From positions 361-64,360 of the forward strand of contig CAYLHJ010000003.1 in assembly GCA_964383705.1 (NCBI GenBank): a stretch of DNA of 64,000 bases. Reading direction: 5' to 3'. Under the pieces are notes generated by a model. The model was not told the origin of the DNA and made no database searches. It saw only the letters and a list, made by a program, of their open reading frames with translations. A program made the translations under genes and the position numbers. Origin of the DNA: an uncultured Candidatus Saccharibacteria bacterium (lineage in GTDB: Bacteria; Patescibacteriota; Minisyncoccia; Phycocordibacterales; Zambryskibacteraceae). This document shows, one piece after another, positions 18,729 through 28,878 of the stretch; position 1 is the stretch's first letter; every line of letters starts with the position of its first letter.

Positions 18729-19016
18729 ATGTATAGCGACGAGTTCATCAATGAGCTCCGGATAAAGATTGGGAAGCTCCACAGAAAGACCGGAAACTAC
18801 CTCCAAGCCAGAACAGAGGTTCTGAGGGAGGCTCGTATCCCCTCAGATGACTGGCATGACGTCTCCTCCTGCATCGCCAAACTCTCAGCAAGAATCAGGA
18901 GAGATAACAAGGAGAAGCGCACGAAGGCGAACCCTGGCAAGAAGTCACTTTCACACCACAAGCCAGACCGCAATGAACGCAACCGCCCGCAGAACGGGTA
19001 CCAGCCGGACGATTAA
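18729..19016 (+). CDS. hypothetical basic orphan protein
   Basis: GGAGG SD, own promoter, and terminator CAGCCGGAC...GTCCGGCTG (19002-19027). Confidence 0.6.
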   Translation: MYSDEFINELRIKIGKLHRKTGNYLQARTEVLREARIPSDDWHDVSSCIAKLSARIRRDNKEKRTKANPGKKSLSHHKPDRNERNRPQNGYQPDD

Positions 19017-19039
19017 TTGTCCGGCTGTTCTTTTTATAT

Positions 19040-21805
19040 TTAAATGGCATTAGGCGTAACTGTCCTATATTTCTCAAGTATTTCCTTTTCAACTTCCGCC
19101 CTGTCTCGACCGTATCTCATATATGAGCGTTCTTTAAGCGAATCTACATTATCATTATTCCTCTCAGGCGGAGGCATGCATTCAATATTAAACGGCTTTA
19201 CCGGTTTACCATGAACAAGCATTTTCAAATAGGCGTTTTTATTCTCAACATTAATTAATTGTTGAGAATTAAATACTGGCTCAAATTGTTTTGCTAGATA
19301 TTCAGCATCATCAGAACCGACACGAAAACACGCTATCGTTCCAACATTACCAAAAACAGCATTTTTTATATTTTCATCCAACTGGCCGATAAATTGATGA
19401 GCAATAGAAAGCGAGAGTTTGTATTTTCTAGCTTCGGAAAGAATTGTCCCGATAGACGGCGTTGTAATGTTTTGAAACTCATCAATATAAAGATAAAAGG
19501 GCGGAAGATTGGCATGAGTAGAATCCACCCTGGAAAGAGCTGCCATTAAAATTTTACCGACAAGAATAAGCCCAATTAGATTAGCATTAATATCGCCGAG
19601 TCTTCCTTTCGCCAGGTTAACCAAGAGAATTTTCTTATTATCCATAATATCTCGGAAATCAAAGGAAGAATGCTCTTGGGCGATAATCGGGCGCATAATC
19701 TCATTTGAAAGAAAGACATCAAACTTACTTGTTATGTAAGGCACTATATTTGCGAGCGCCCCTTCTCCGCCCGCTTTCTCCGCAATCTCGCGCCAAAATT
19801 GAGAAACCACCGGATTATTACATCTGGAAAGTTTCATTTGACGAAACTCTTTATTTGATAAAACTCGAGAAACATCAAGAAGTGTTCCACCACTATCAGG
19901 GTCTTCTATAACAAGCATGGTTGCATTCCTAAAGTATTGTTCGAACATTGGCCCCATAGATTCTGGCACCGCCCCATAAAGTTTTTGAAAAATATTAAAT
20001 AGCTCATTTACCACAAAGGTTTTTTGCTCTGGAAATTGCCTGTCATACTCAAGCATATTTAAAGCCATGGGCCTATCGACATTCCCTGGGTCAAAATAAA
20101 TCACATCATCAACCCTCTCCGGCGGGATATTGGCCAAGATATCCAAAATATCAGAGCCGTGTGGGTCAATCATACAAACCCCATCACCATTGCGAATATC
20201 TTGAATAATCATATTTTTTAGCAATGTTGATTTTCCTGTCCCCGTCTGCCCAATAGTATAAAAATGTCTGAGTCTGTCCTCCGCGGTTAGATATACTTTA
20301 GTTAGAGTGTTGCGATAACTATTAATACCAATAAGAGTTCCTTCTTGTGGCAAATCAAGAGGTGCTGGAGCATCCCCCACCCTATTAGTTTTTAATTGAG
20401 AAACACCGTGAAGACCTTCCCTATGAAAATGGATTAAGGAAGTCAATTCTGAGAGATTCAAAGGCAAACTTTCTTCTTTCACAAAAGAACGAAAAGCAAA
20501 ATTACGAAATAAAGATTTTAATTTTCCGCCCCTTGGACGAACGAACTTCAGACTATTACCTTGAGGATTATCAAACTGATTAAAAGCCGATTCCAAATGA
20601 GACAATATAGTCTCCGCCCGATCTTCATCAGGCGCCGAGGTAATAAGTCTGATTGCCACATTTACAATTGGCTTGGCAATTTTTGTTTGAATGCGCTCAA
20701 CCTCGGCCGAATCAAATGTCGGTCTTAAAATTTCGTTTTCTGGCTCTTTTTTCTTCTGGGAGAAAAATATTTCTTTAAAAATTTTGCCAACTTCACCTGC
20801 CACTCCTCCTTCAGAACCGAGAGCGTCTTTAAGCGGAACGCCCTTTTGAATTTTTTCTAGTGCGTTTGAATATTTTTTATGATAATACTCCCCCGCTGGA
20901 GAGAAGAGTATCTGGAGACACGCACCTTCGCTATCTCGATCAATCTTAGAAAAGCTATTTAAGATGACATTTAAAGGATCGTGGTCAAATGCCTCATATG
21001 TTTTAATGGGGAAAATTGGATTATTGCGAGATGTTGCGACAGAACCCATAGAAAAACCCTCCGGATTAAAAATGTTGTGGTCATCGGCTTGTTGACTAAT
21101 GCGTGCATTGTGAAAAATGGAAAGAATTTGTTTCTCAAATAAATCCTTCTTTGAATCCGGCACAGAAACATAAAATACAAATTCATCACTCCCATTGCTA
21201 TTGGCAATCTCTAAAACAAAATGATTTTCGCCAGGAGTATTTTGCGGGGAGATAGAAAGCATCCCTGCATAGAATTGCTCCATACCTGAAAGTAATTGCT
21301 TTAATACTTGCCCCTTTTCATCTCTTTCTGTTTCTGGCAATACAACTTCATAAAGAGTCATTTGAAGCGCCTTGGAAAGTGGTGCCCTTGGAGCTAGGCC
21401 TTTTATAGGGAAACCTCGCTTTATGTATTGAACTAAAAATCGATGAAAATCATCTTCTAAATGGCTATCGCCCATATTTTCTATTACGGAAATAGTATTT
21501 TTTATTCCCTTAGTGTTGAGTATTAAAAGAAGCTCCTCAATCTTCTTATCATGAGACTCCGGCCTCAAATTTGAAACGAGAGAGTGGAGATTTTCTTGGT
21601 TTAATCTAAATTGAGAATCAAGAACATCTTGCGGTAAAGTGTTGCCATACCGAGACAGTTTTTCTTTTATAATATTTTCTCTGTGTGGCTCAATGCCTTC
21701 GCGCCTTAATTCTCTCTCATGACGAAGTATTTCTGACTGCAAAAAAGCCTTTTCTTCCTGAGGCGATTTGAATTTAGATTCTAAAGAGAACTGTTTGTGC
21801 TCCAT
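19040..21805 (-). CDS. VirB4/TraG/HerA-like P-loop ATPase (type IV secretion DNA-binding-domain protein common in CPR)
   Basis: DRLRHFYTIGQTGTGKS Walker A, IDPHG, LYIDEFQN Walker B, EARKY, AHQFIGQL, GNVGT. Confidence 0.88.
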   Translation of the reverse strand: MEHKQFSLESKFKSPQEEKAFLQSEILRHERELRREGIEPHRENIIKEKLSRYGNTLPQDVLDSQFRLNQENLHSLVSNLRPESHDKKIEELLLILNTKGIKNTISVIENMGDSHLEDDFHRFLVQYIKRGFPIKGLAPRAPLSKALQMTLYEVVLPETERDEKGQVLKQLLSGMEQFYAGMLSISPQNTPGENHFVLEIANSNGSDEFVFYVSVPDSKKDLFEKQILSIFHNARISQQADDHNIFNPEGFSMGSVATSRNNPIFPIKTYEAFDHDPLNVILNSFSKIDRDSEGACLQILFSPAGEYYHKKYSNALEKIQKGVPLKDALGSEGGVAGEVGKIFKEIFFSQKKKEPENEILRPTFDSAEVERIQTKIAKPIVNVAIRLITSAPDEDRAETILSHLESAFNQFDNPQGNSLKFVRPRGGKLKSLFRNFAFRSFVKEESLPLNLSELTSLIHFHREGLHGVSQLKTNRVGDAPAPLDLPQEGTLIGINSYRNTLTKVYLTAEDRLRHFYTIGQTGTGKSTLLKNMIIQDIRNGDGVCMIDPHGSDILDILANIPPERVDDVIYFDPGNVDRPMALNMLEYDRQFPEQKTFVVNELFNIFQKLYGAVPESMGPMFEQYFRNATMLVIEDPDSGGTLLDVSRVLSNKEFRQMKLSRCNNPVVSQFWREIAEKAGGEGALANIVPYITSKFDVFLSNEIMRPIIAQEHSSFDFRDIMDNKKILLVNLAKGRLGDINANLIGLILVGKILMAALSRVDSTHANLPPFYLYIDEFQNITTPSIGTILSEARKYKLSLSIAHQFIGQLDENIKNAVFGNVGTIACFRVGSDDAEYLAKQFEPVFNSQQLINVENKNAYLKMLVHGKPVKPFNIECMPPPERNNDNVDSLKERSYMRYGRDRAEVEKEILEKYRTVTPNAI

Positions 21806-21846
21806 GAAAATTGGATACCAAAATTATACCACTTCAAAAAACAAAT

Positions 21847-22134
21847 TTATTCAGTTTTATATCCCTCACGCTTCAGCAAATTTTTTTTTGACGGCCCATT
21901 AATACGATTGTATTTACCAATCTTTCCATCAGAGCGTATGACACGGTGGCACGGTATATTTTTATCAGTATTATTGCTCATTATATTTCCAACTGCTCGA
22001 AATGCGTTGGGACTCCCTGCTCTATATGCCACTTCTTTATATGTCATGACTTTTCCTTTAGGAATCTTTTTTACAACAGCAAAAACTCTTTCTTTAAAAG
22101 ATTTAGGGCGAAGAAAGTTTTTATTCCTTTTCAT
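21847..22134 (-). CDS. ogt: methylated-DNA--protein-cysteine methyltransferase (MGMT family)
   Basis: IPKGKVMTY, RAVG, PCHRV active site. Confidence 0.88.
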   Translation of the reverse strand: MKRNKNFLRPKSFKERVFAVVKKIPKGKVMTYKEVAYRAGSPNAFRAVGNIMSNNTDKNIPCHRVIRSDGKIGKYNRINGPSKKNLLKREGYKTE

Positions 22135-22143
22135 TTATTTAAG

Positions 22144-22184
22144 TATAACAAAACTCCCAAGTTGTCCTTGGGAGTTTTGTTATA
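22144..22184. terminator. long inverted repeat / terminator
   Basis: TATAACAAAACTCCCAAG-ttgtc-CTTGGGAGTTTTGTTATA, 18-bp perfect arms. Confidence 0.75.
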
Positions 22185-22193
22185 AAATAATCT

Positions 22194-22925
22194 TTATTGT
22201 TTAATTCTCACCACAGACCCCGTAGTAGCGTCTACTTCTACTCTTACATTATCAGTAAATCTTACGCTCCACACAACTTTACCTTCCTCCAAAGAAAGCT
22301 CTAGTTTGGCAATGGTTCCCGTATGCGCACCAAGTGCTATCGTTCTCGCTTTATCAGCAGAAATTGTGGCCACAAAGCCGGCAGGAACATTTGAATTCCT
22401 CTCGACTTTGTTTATAAGCTCAATCTTTTTGTCTTCAACTTTTTGAGTCCAAACCTCACCTCGTGACCAATTGCGTAATACAGTAGCGTCGATAGTCAAA
22501 GATTTATCAAGGTCAATTTGTCCTCGTGCGCCTACATAATCACCCACCTTGAAGTTCCCCGGAAATGATCCATTAGGAATTACTTCCGTATCGGAGTAAA
22601 CATTTACTTTCCATGATCCACCCCAGCTCTTCACTGTAATAGAACCAGTGCTTGATGCTGTGGAAGTTGAAACAGATTCGATTTTTCCACGAATAAGAGC
22701 CTTTCCCTTAGGACCAACTTCAAGAATGATTGGCTGGTTATTTCCTCTTCGAACAAGCTCATCTTCTATTCTTTGAATTTTTTTCTTCGCTTGCTCTTCT
22801 ATCTTTTCAATCTTTTTTTCTGATTTGGAACTACCTGAATTTGACTCCGCAAAGACGGCGGATGAAATTCCAAGTACAGTAAACAAGGCTAACATTATTG
22901 CGATATTCCTCTTAATTTTTTGCAT
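22194..22925 (-). CDS. secreted protein with an OB-fold (DUF5666-like) domain and a C-terminal PepSY domain
   Basis: Signal peptide (AVFA), KVGDYVGARG, C-terminal ISADKARTIAL...VEVDATTGSVV. Confidence 0.7.
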   Translation of the reverse strand: MQKIKRNIAIMLALFTVLGISSAVFAESNSGSSKSEKKIEKIEEQAKKKIQRIEDELVRRGNNQPIILEVGPKGKALIRGKIESVSTSTASSTGSITVKSWGGSWKVNVYSDTEVIPNGSFPGNFKVGDYVGARGQIDLDKSLTIDATVLRNWSRGEVWTQKVEDKKIELINKVERNSNVPAGFVATISADKARTIALGAHTGTIAKLELSLEEGKVVWSVRFTDNVRVEVDATTGSVVRIKQ

Positions 22926-23030
22926 ATTGTGAAATTAACTGTCAATAATAGCTACTAAATTATAACAAATTTATACCCCCGCACTAGTATATAAGACGCG
23001 CGATACGTACTTTCTTACAATCAAGATAAG

Positions 23031-24749
23031 CTATGAATGAGATATATCCTTTATCTCATTTGCAATCGCCTCTTCCGCCTCTCCAAGCTCATTATCAAAT
23101 TGCTCTAAGAAAGATATTTCCTCCTTAGTTAATTTTCTTTTTAGAGACTTAAGACGAGTAATGTGTGTAGCAATATCTCTTCGAAGAAGACGGAAAGATT
23201 TCTCTAAAATTTTTTCTGCTTCTCTGCTCTCTCGCTTAAATTTTCGTAATACACGATTTGTTCGATTCCAAGCATATACACCACCTCCAATAAATACCGC
23301 AAGTAAAATTCCAATGAGAATAATCGCCGATAAGTAATCAAGGACTATATTAATGAGGTCAGTTAAAAATTTTGATTTTGCAATAATTGTCAACGGCTCG
23401 GTTTCATCACTTTGTGCACCACGACCATCAGTTACACGAGCGGTAAATACATATATTCCTGGGGAAAGACGTTTTGTTGCCACAACTGCCCAATCACCGG
23501 AACTATTACTCCTAGTGTGCTCTTCAAAAATAACTTCATCTCTTTCTTTAAATAAAATGGTTATATCTGAATCTGGATAAGTCGTTCCGCGGATTTTAAC
23601 AATATCTCCAGACTCTATTTCTTCTTGATAAGAGGTTATGATTGGCTTATCAATAGCCTGAATAGTAAAATTCTCTGATTCGCTTCGTGTGTTTCCTGCT
23701 TCATCAATAGCTGTGATAGTAACTATATGATTTCCCGGATATTGTTTTGGTAACGGATATGGATTTGAAGTTGCTGTGGGTGCAACACGCTCCGGCCCAC
23801 CATTCCCAATCTTTACATCGTAGGTACGTACCCCCGATATATTGTCTGTTGTGTTAAAAAGAATAACTGGTTGTGGCTCCAATCCGGTTTTTCCGTGAGG
23901 AAAAGAAATTAAAAATGGATCTGGTGGCGTTGTATCGATATTTACACGATAACGGGCAATATTACCCCAACCACTATTACTAGTAAGTATTTGAAGTGAA
24001 AAATAATATACACCATCAGGAAGCTGATCAATCTTCTTTGATGATATTGGTGGCGAATAACGCACCGATGGCAGAGCGGTTGATGAAACCCCAATTAGAG
24101 TTTTAACCTCAATAGCATCAGGCGGAAGTGTCCATGAAAATTCGGGAGCATTGTTCGAATACCATTTTGCTTGGTCTGGGTGTGTTGGTGATGTAATTGT
24201 TGGTGCATTAAAGCCATTTTCAATACTTGAAACAGGAATAATATCTGGAACTTCCGCATTGTCGCTTTGTATCGAGAATGTAGCGATACCAAGATCATCA
24301 AGAATATTGGTTCCCGCCCCGTCATTTGCCAATACCGAACCAGAAGAAAATTTTACATTGGCAACCCCGGCAGATTTCGCTCTAAACGTAACATTTATAA
24401 TAGTGCCCTGACTTCCAGTATATCCGGGGTTAAGGGCGATACCCTCAAAATTAACAGTCCCTTGTATATTTGAAAACGTTGGTTCTTGGACCCACAAATT
24501 CATTACAGAATTGTTCTTAGAAACACCCACAACTTCAAGCAAGCTCGGTGAAAAAGAAATAACCCCCGAGGCGGCATTTATCGCCTTATCAGGACTTGAA
24601 ACATAGGCAGAGACAGAAAACGTACTGCCAACCGCCCTTGTAATAATAGAAGGAGAAAATCCGAGATTTGCAGCATAAGAAATTACTGGTGCGAAAAACA
24701 ACACACCAAAGACAGAGAATAATAAAAAAGTTTTTAAATGTTCCTTCAC
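23031..24749 (-). CDS. membrane-anchored cohesin-domain protein with Ig/FN3-like domains
   Basis: Signal peptide; cohesin-like FSPS...INAASGVISFSPSLLEV...VTFRAK...VLANDG; Ig-like repeats; C-terminal TM and cytoplasmic helical tail; GTG start overlaps the upstream TGA. Confidence 0.75.
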   Translation of the reverse strand: MKEHLKTFLLFSVFGVLFFAPVISYAANLGFSPSIITRAVGSTFSVSAYVSSPDKAINAASGVISFSPSLLEVVGVSKNNSVMNLWVQEPTFSNIQGTVNFEGIALNPGYTGSQGTIINVTFRAKSAGVANVKFSSGSVLANDGAGTNILDDLGIATFSIQSDNAEVPDIIPVSSIENGFNAPTITSPTHPDQAKWYSNNAPEFSWTLPPDAIEVKTLIGVSSTALPSVRYSPPISSKKIDQLPDGVYYFSLQILTSNSGWGNIARYRVNIDTTPPDPFLISFPHGKTGLEPQPVILFNTTDNISGVRTYDVKIGNGGPERVAPTATSNPYPLPKQYPGNHIVTITAIDEAGNTRSESENFTIQAIDKPIITSYQEEIESGDIVKIRGTTYPDSDITILFKERDEVIFEEHTRSNSSGDWAVVATKRLSPGIYVFTARVTDGRGAQSDETEPLTIIAKSKFLTDLINIVLDYLSAIILIGILLAVFIGGGVYAWNRTNRVLRKFKRESREAEKILEKSFRLLRRDIATHITRLKSLKRKLTKEEISFLEQFDNELGEAEEAIANEIKDISHS

Positions 24750-25618
24750 TGTTTTTTTAAAAATACATAAAACACGCCAAACAGGATACTTATAAGTATA
24801 AGCCAATAAAAGAGGTATTCATACCATAAAAGTGGATGGGTGGGGGCAATCTCTACGACTTGCATATTGTGCGCATTATCTACAGCTCGTACAAAAATGT
24901 AACTTCTCAATTCTTGATCCGAAAGAACATAAGGACTCTCAACAACTCTCCACGAAGTGAGAAATGAAAGAGGTTTGAATAGATATTCTTTTACTTCATA
25001 GTGAGAAATACCCGAACCCTTATCTTGAGTCGAAAAAACAACAAACAAATTATCCTCATACAAAGAGTTACTATGCGAAATTATCGGAGTAAAATTCTCT
25101 GGCGGTTCCGAGTCTTCAATCACATTTCTTCGGGCATTACTATCTCCTGCCTTGACCTGTAATACCGTATTTCGAAGATCAAGGGCTATTTCTGTACCTG
25201 ATCCATCATTTTGAAGTGCCTTTGCTTCTGCAATTGAAATTGAGGCGACGCCTTCTTGCTTTGCCTTAAAGACAATAGAGAATATTAAGTTATTCACACC
25301 GCTAAATCCGCCTGGCGTGATGCCTGAAAATACTGAGGTACCAGCAGATTCGGTATTAGGTTTTTCAATCCAGAAATTTATGGAAGAGTTGCCATCACGA
25401 ATCTCTCGCATTTCAAGCATCATATCTGGAAAAAGAATTCGTCCCGAAATGGCATTTACTGACTCGTCACTGTTCGCAATGACATCAACGGTAAATTCCT
25501 CTCCAACACTCACATCTACCTTACTTGAATAAAGTAATAGTTCAGATGCATGCACACTGGGTGTAAAAAAGACCCAGAGCGTAAATACAGAAAATATTTT
25601 AGGTATTGAGCTATACAT
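24746..25618 (-). CDS. membrane-anchored cohesin-domain protein
   Basis: Signal peptide (VHA); VSVGEEFTVDV...VNAISGRILF...IVFKAK...ALQNDG; DSEPPENF Ig domain; C-terminal TM. Confidence 0.75.
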   Translation of the reverse strand: MYSSIPKIFSVFTLWVFFTPSVHASELLLYSSKVDVSVGEEFTVDVIANSDESVNAISGRILFPDMMLEMREIRDGNSSINFWIEKPNTESAGTSVFSGITPGGFSGVNNLIFSIVFKAKQEGVASISIAEAKALQNDGSGTEIALDLRNTVLQVKAGDSNARRNVIEDSEPPENFTPIISHSNSLYEDNLFVVFSTQDKGSGISHYEVKEYLFKPLSFLTSWRVVESPYVLSDQELRSYIFVRAVDNAHNMQVVEIAPTHPLLWYEYLFYWLILISILFGVFYVFLKKQ

Positions 25619-25619
25619 A

Positions 25620-26663
25620 TTATCCAGTCCAATTAAACGCCATAATGCTAAAATCAACCAAATCAACTTTACCGTCCGAATTCAGGTCGCTTGAGGTGGG
25701 AGGATTTGCTCGCTTATACCAATATGCCACAACTGAAAAATCAACTAGATTCACACGCCTGTCGTTATTCACATCTCCTTTTGATGGGGATTTTATAGGA
25801 ATGTCGGCAGTAACATTTTTTGTACCGACGACAAAACCAAGCGTTTTACCAAACGCGGTTATCTCCCCGTTCAAAGCCGATTTTGACTTTGTTTGATGTT
25901 GCCCCATTTCAAGAACTGATGTGTCAAAATTCAAAAGATACGCGCCTGTTGCGTCAGCAATTTTCTTTAGAAAAAATTCTTCTTCTGAATTTACACTAAC
26001 TGTTATCTCAGAAGAAGGCGCGCTTTGGCCGAAAATAACAAGATTATCTCCACGTCTTACTTCACTTTTGTCAACTGCAATAGTTGGAGCAATAAAAATG
26101 TTACCGACCTTGGTTGTTACACCCGATGTGACACTAATAGGAAAAGTTAGAAGCGAAGAACGGATACCCTTATTATCCTCAGAATAAACACTAAAAATAT
26201 AATTACCACCAGAAAGACCTGATATGGTCATTTGAAAATTGGCGTTCGCATCGGCAATGGTTGTTGCTGCAACCTGAGCGTCCTTAAGAAGGGTTATTGT
26301 GCTCCGAGGATAGGCTTTCCCAGTAAATACAACATTGGTTATAGGTATAGAGGGGCTACTTGCACCACCGCCGCCACCTCCCCCGCCACCTCCACCACCG
26401 GAAGATCCAGATGTGCACTGCGATGTGTTAAATGTACAAGCGGAGGTACAAGAAAGTGAACCCCCAGAAAAACCGAGTGACGAGCATGAAGATCCGCCAA
26501 GATTTGAGCCATCGCATTGCTCACCACTGCCAACCGCACTGTCGCCACAGCCGGGAACTGTGGCTGTTATTTCAACCGTTATCGCATTTACAACAAACGG
26601 CTCCAAAGTAAAGGCAAGGAGAGTGACGAGAGCAGATAGGAAAAATATATATTGACGATTCAT
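25620..26663 (-). CDS. secreted dockerin-domain protein with a Cys-rich N-terminal repeat, poly-Gly linker and two Ig-like domains
   Basis: C-terminal duplicated Ca-binding loops KGDVNNDRRVNLVDFS / SDLNSDGKVDLVDFS; CGDSAVGSGEQCDG Cys-rich repeat; no C-terminal TM. Confidence 0.8.
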   Translation of the reverse strand: MNRQYIFFLSALVTLLAFTLEPFVVNAITVEITATVPGCGDSAVGSGEQCDGSNLGGSSCSSLGFSGGSLSCTSACTFNTSQCTSGSSGGGGGGGGGGGGASSPSIPITNVVFTGKAYPRSTITLLKDAQVAATTIADANANFQMTISGLSGGNYIFSVYSEDNKGIRSSLLTFPISVTSGVTTKVGNIFIAPTIAVDKSEVRRGDNLVIFGQSAPSSEITVSVNSEEEFFLKKIADATGAYLLNFDTSVLEMGQHQTKSKSALNGEITAFGKTLGFVVGTKNVTADIPIKSPSKGDVNNDRRVNLVDFSVVAYWYKRANPPTSSDLNSDGKVDLVDFSIMAFNWTG

Positions 26664-26666
26664 TCA

Positions 26667-27632
26667 TTATTTATCGCGCATTGTTTCCGCAATAATTCTA
26701 CGCTTTAGTCTGGCCACCCAAGCCTTAAAAACAAAACGTGCGAGTCCAAGAATCACAATAGTTATTGTTAAAAGTTGCCAAGGAACAACAAAAAAATTAT
26801 ATGATGCATTAGCATCTTGTGGAGACTCTCCCCATATTACTTGCATATGGGCCGTATACAAACCAAAATGAAAGTCTATTATTTGATTAAGTGCCATTTT
26901 AAAAAATCCCCGTTTTTCTTCTTCACCTTGTTTTGATCCCCATAACACCTCAAAACGCCTTGTACTATTTGGAAGTACACTCCCTTCGTTCTCGTTGGCA
27001 AGCAAGGTCGCAGATGTAAGTTGTAAGGTGTTTTTAATCTTTATCTCGCCGCGCGGAACAACCCTGTCTCCACCAGTATTATTGAAGCCATACTCAAATA
27101 AGATTGGAAGCACACTAAAAAAACGTTGGCCATTTAACGCACCAAAATCAACAAGCCCGGCCGACTCTTCAACCTCTCCTGACACTTTCAAAAGCATTAA
27201 AACGCCAATTTTACCTCCGATGGTAACTTCGCCTCCACCTGTACCCTGAGCAGGCTGGCTTCCGAAAAAAACAGCAGCAAAATAACCTCCAGCCTTCGCG
27301 TTTTCAGGAATTGATATTGTGTAAGGGACCTGTACCCTTTCACCAGGAGCAAGCACGACTTGAGGATCAGTTGAAACCCAAGTTGCAAGACCATTATTTG
27401 CGCCTATGAAATAAGGTGCGCCAGAATCACCTCGTGATTCAAAATTTTCATATGAAGCATAAAAAGTTTTAGTCTCATTTTGTTCGTTAAAGAGTTCGAT
27501 CTCTCCCCTCACTGTCTGTCCAGGATCGGCCGCTATCTCAATCTTTGCGGGAGAAACAGTAAGTGCATATGTGTTTGACACAATGCCTGTTGCAGTAATA
27601 AGTATGAATATGTAAAAAAATATTTTTCTCAT
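26667..27632 (-). CDS. DUF916/PapD-like (WxL-interacting-type) membrane-anchored protein
   Basis: ALTVSPAKIEIAADPGQ...YTISIPENAKAGGYFAAVFF; FNNTG...PRGEI; VLPNSTRRF; C-terminal PW plus TM. Confidence 0.7.
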   Translation of the reverse strand: MRKIFFYIFILITATGIVSNTYALTVSPAKIEIAADPGQTVRGEIELFNEQNETKTFYASYENFESRGDSGAPYFIGANNGLATWVSTDPQVVLAPGERVQVPYTISIPENAKAGGYFAAVFFGSQPAQGTGGGEVTIGGKIGVLMLLKVSGEVEESAGLVDFGALNGQRFFSVLPILFEYGFNNTGGDRVVPRGEIKIKNTLQLTSATLLANENEGSVLPNSTRRFEVLWGSKQGEEEKRGFFKMALNQIIDFHFGLYTAHMQVIWGESPQDANASYNFFVVPWQLLTITIVILGLARFVFKAWVARLKRRIIAETMRDK

Positions 27633-27669
27633 GGGTGTTCGAGAGAATATCACACCCCATACACCAATG

Positions 27670-28773
27670 CTAGAAGTTAGCAGTTGCTACATAGGTGAGG
27701 GTTGCGGTGTAAGCACCAGCCTCCGTCGAAGATGTGATATTCGCGAGATATCGTGCTGAGTATGTTGTGTTTGCAGAAGCGCTAGTTGCCGCTGCCACTT
27801 CATCAGGGAAAGCGGCAGTATCAAATGCAAAGCCCGCAGCCGCGTAGGGAGCAGAAACTGCGCCCGAACCACCAGAGGCTGTCATGCGTAAGCCAAATTG
27901 TTCGGTGCCCACCGAAGATGCAGTATTTGAGGAACCAATTGCAGATATAGTATTAGCACCAGAAGTAAGCGTTGCCCCATTCACCGTTACGGTGTAGCCG
28001 TTTGCTGCATTTGTGCCAACAACAAGTGTGTGTGCCTCCGCTTCGGTCGCAGAACCATTTGTATCACCAGAAGCAAAGAAATCGTCAGAGGCAGAGAGTG
28101 TACCAAACCCTATCGAGTTATCAGAGATAGTAAAGGTAAGTGATTCATCTACGGTTGCTGAAACAGACACCTGGTCATCGTTCAAAATGTTAATAACGAT
28201 ATCACCTGAATCTCCGAATGTTCCCGCAATTGCAATAGTATAGCTCGCTGCTGAGGCATGGTTAGTAATTTGTGTATCTCCAGTTGCTCCAGTTGTTGCG
28301 TTTGTACCAATCTGAACCTGAACACAGGCATCTGCGGCGATCGCGGCTGCACCAACACCGTCACTTGGAGCGGTAAGTGTAAGCACCTGGCCAGAAAGTG
28401 CTGCGCCCCAAGCGGTTGCTGAAGGTGAAGCGGCAAGTGTTTCTTCGTTAGAATAAGTTGGGGCGGTACAGTTTGACTGACTACCTGCGGAGTGAGCAAG
28501 ATCCACATCAGCAAAATCAAATGTGTTCGTAGTAAATCCTGATGGAAGCGTAATCGTGATGGTGTCCGACGACTGGTTAGCGCCCGTAGGAGATCGAAAA
28601 ACAATCGTATGATTTGAGGCCGTGCTTACTTTCTGACTCGACATTGTGTCTGATTTATTAAGAAGTGAAGCTGCGTATATGATATTAGGTGCTATACCCA
28701 AGAAGCAGGAGACTAGCGTAAACACAAGAAATAAGCTGGCGATAAAACGAAACCGTAAAAGGAGCTTGTGCAT
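27670..28773 (-). CDS. secreted WxL/pilin-like surface protein
   Basis: Signal peptide, Ser/Thr/Ala-rich beta domains, C-terminal AGAYTATLTYVATANF. Confidence 0.6.
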   Translation of the reverse strand: MHKLLLRFRFIASLFLVFTLVSCFLGIAPNIIYAASLLNKSDTMSSQKVSTASNHTIVFRSPTGANQSSDTITITLPSGFTTNTFDFADVDLAHSAGSQSNCTAPTYSNEETLAASPSATAWGAALSGQVLTLTAPSDGVGAAAIAADACVQVQIGTNATTGATGDTQITNHASAASYTIAIAGTFGDSGDIVINILNDDQVSVSATVDESLTFTISDNSIGFGTLSASDDFFASGDTNGSATEAEAHTLVVGTNAANGYTVTVNGATLTSGANTISAIGSSNTASSVGTEQFGLRMTASGGSGAVSAPYAAAGFAFDTAAFPDEVAAATSASANTTYSARYLANITSSTEAGAYTATLTYVATANF

Positions 28774-28878
28774 AAATGTGCTGTTAGATTTTTTAAATTA
28801 CTCTTATTAAGACACGGCTATATACATGTTTAATTGTATCTAATTATTAAAATATTTGCATAGAACTTCTGTGGAGAA

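Noticed and set aside
23031-26663. A true cellulosome
   Set aside because: No glycoside hydrolase or CBM-bearing enzyme is linked to the dockerin, and each cohesin protein carries a single cohesin
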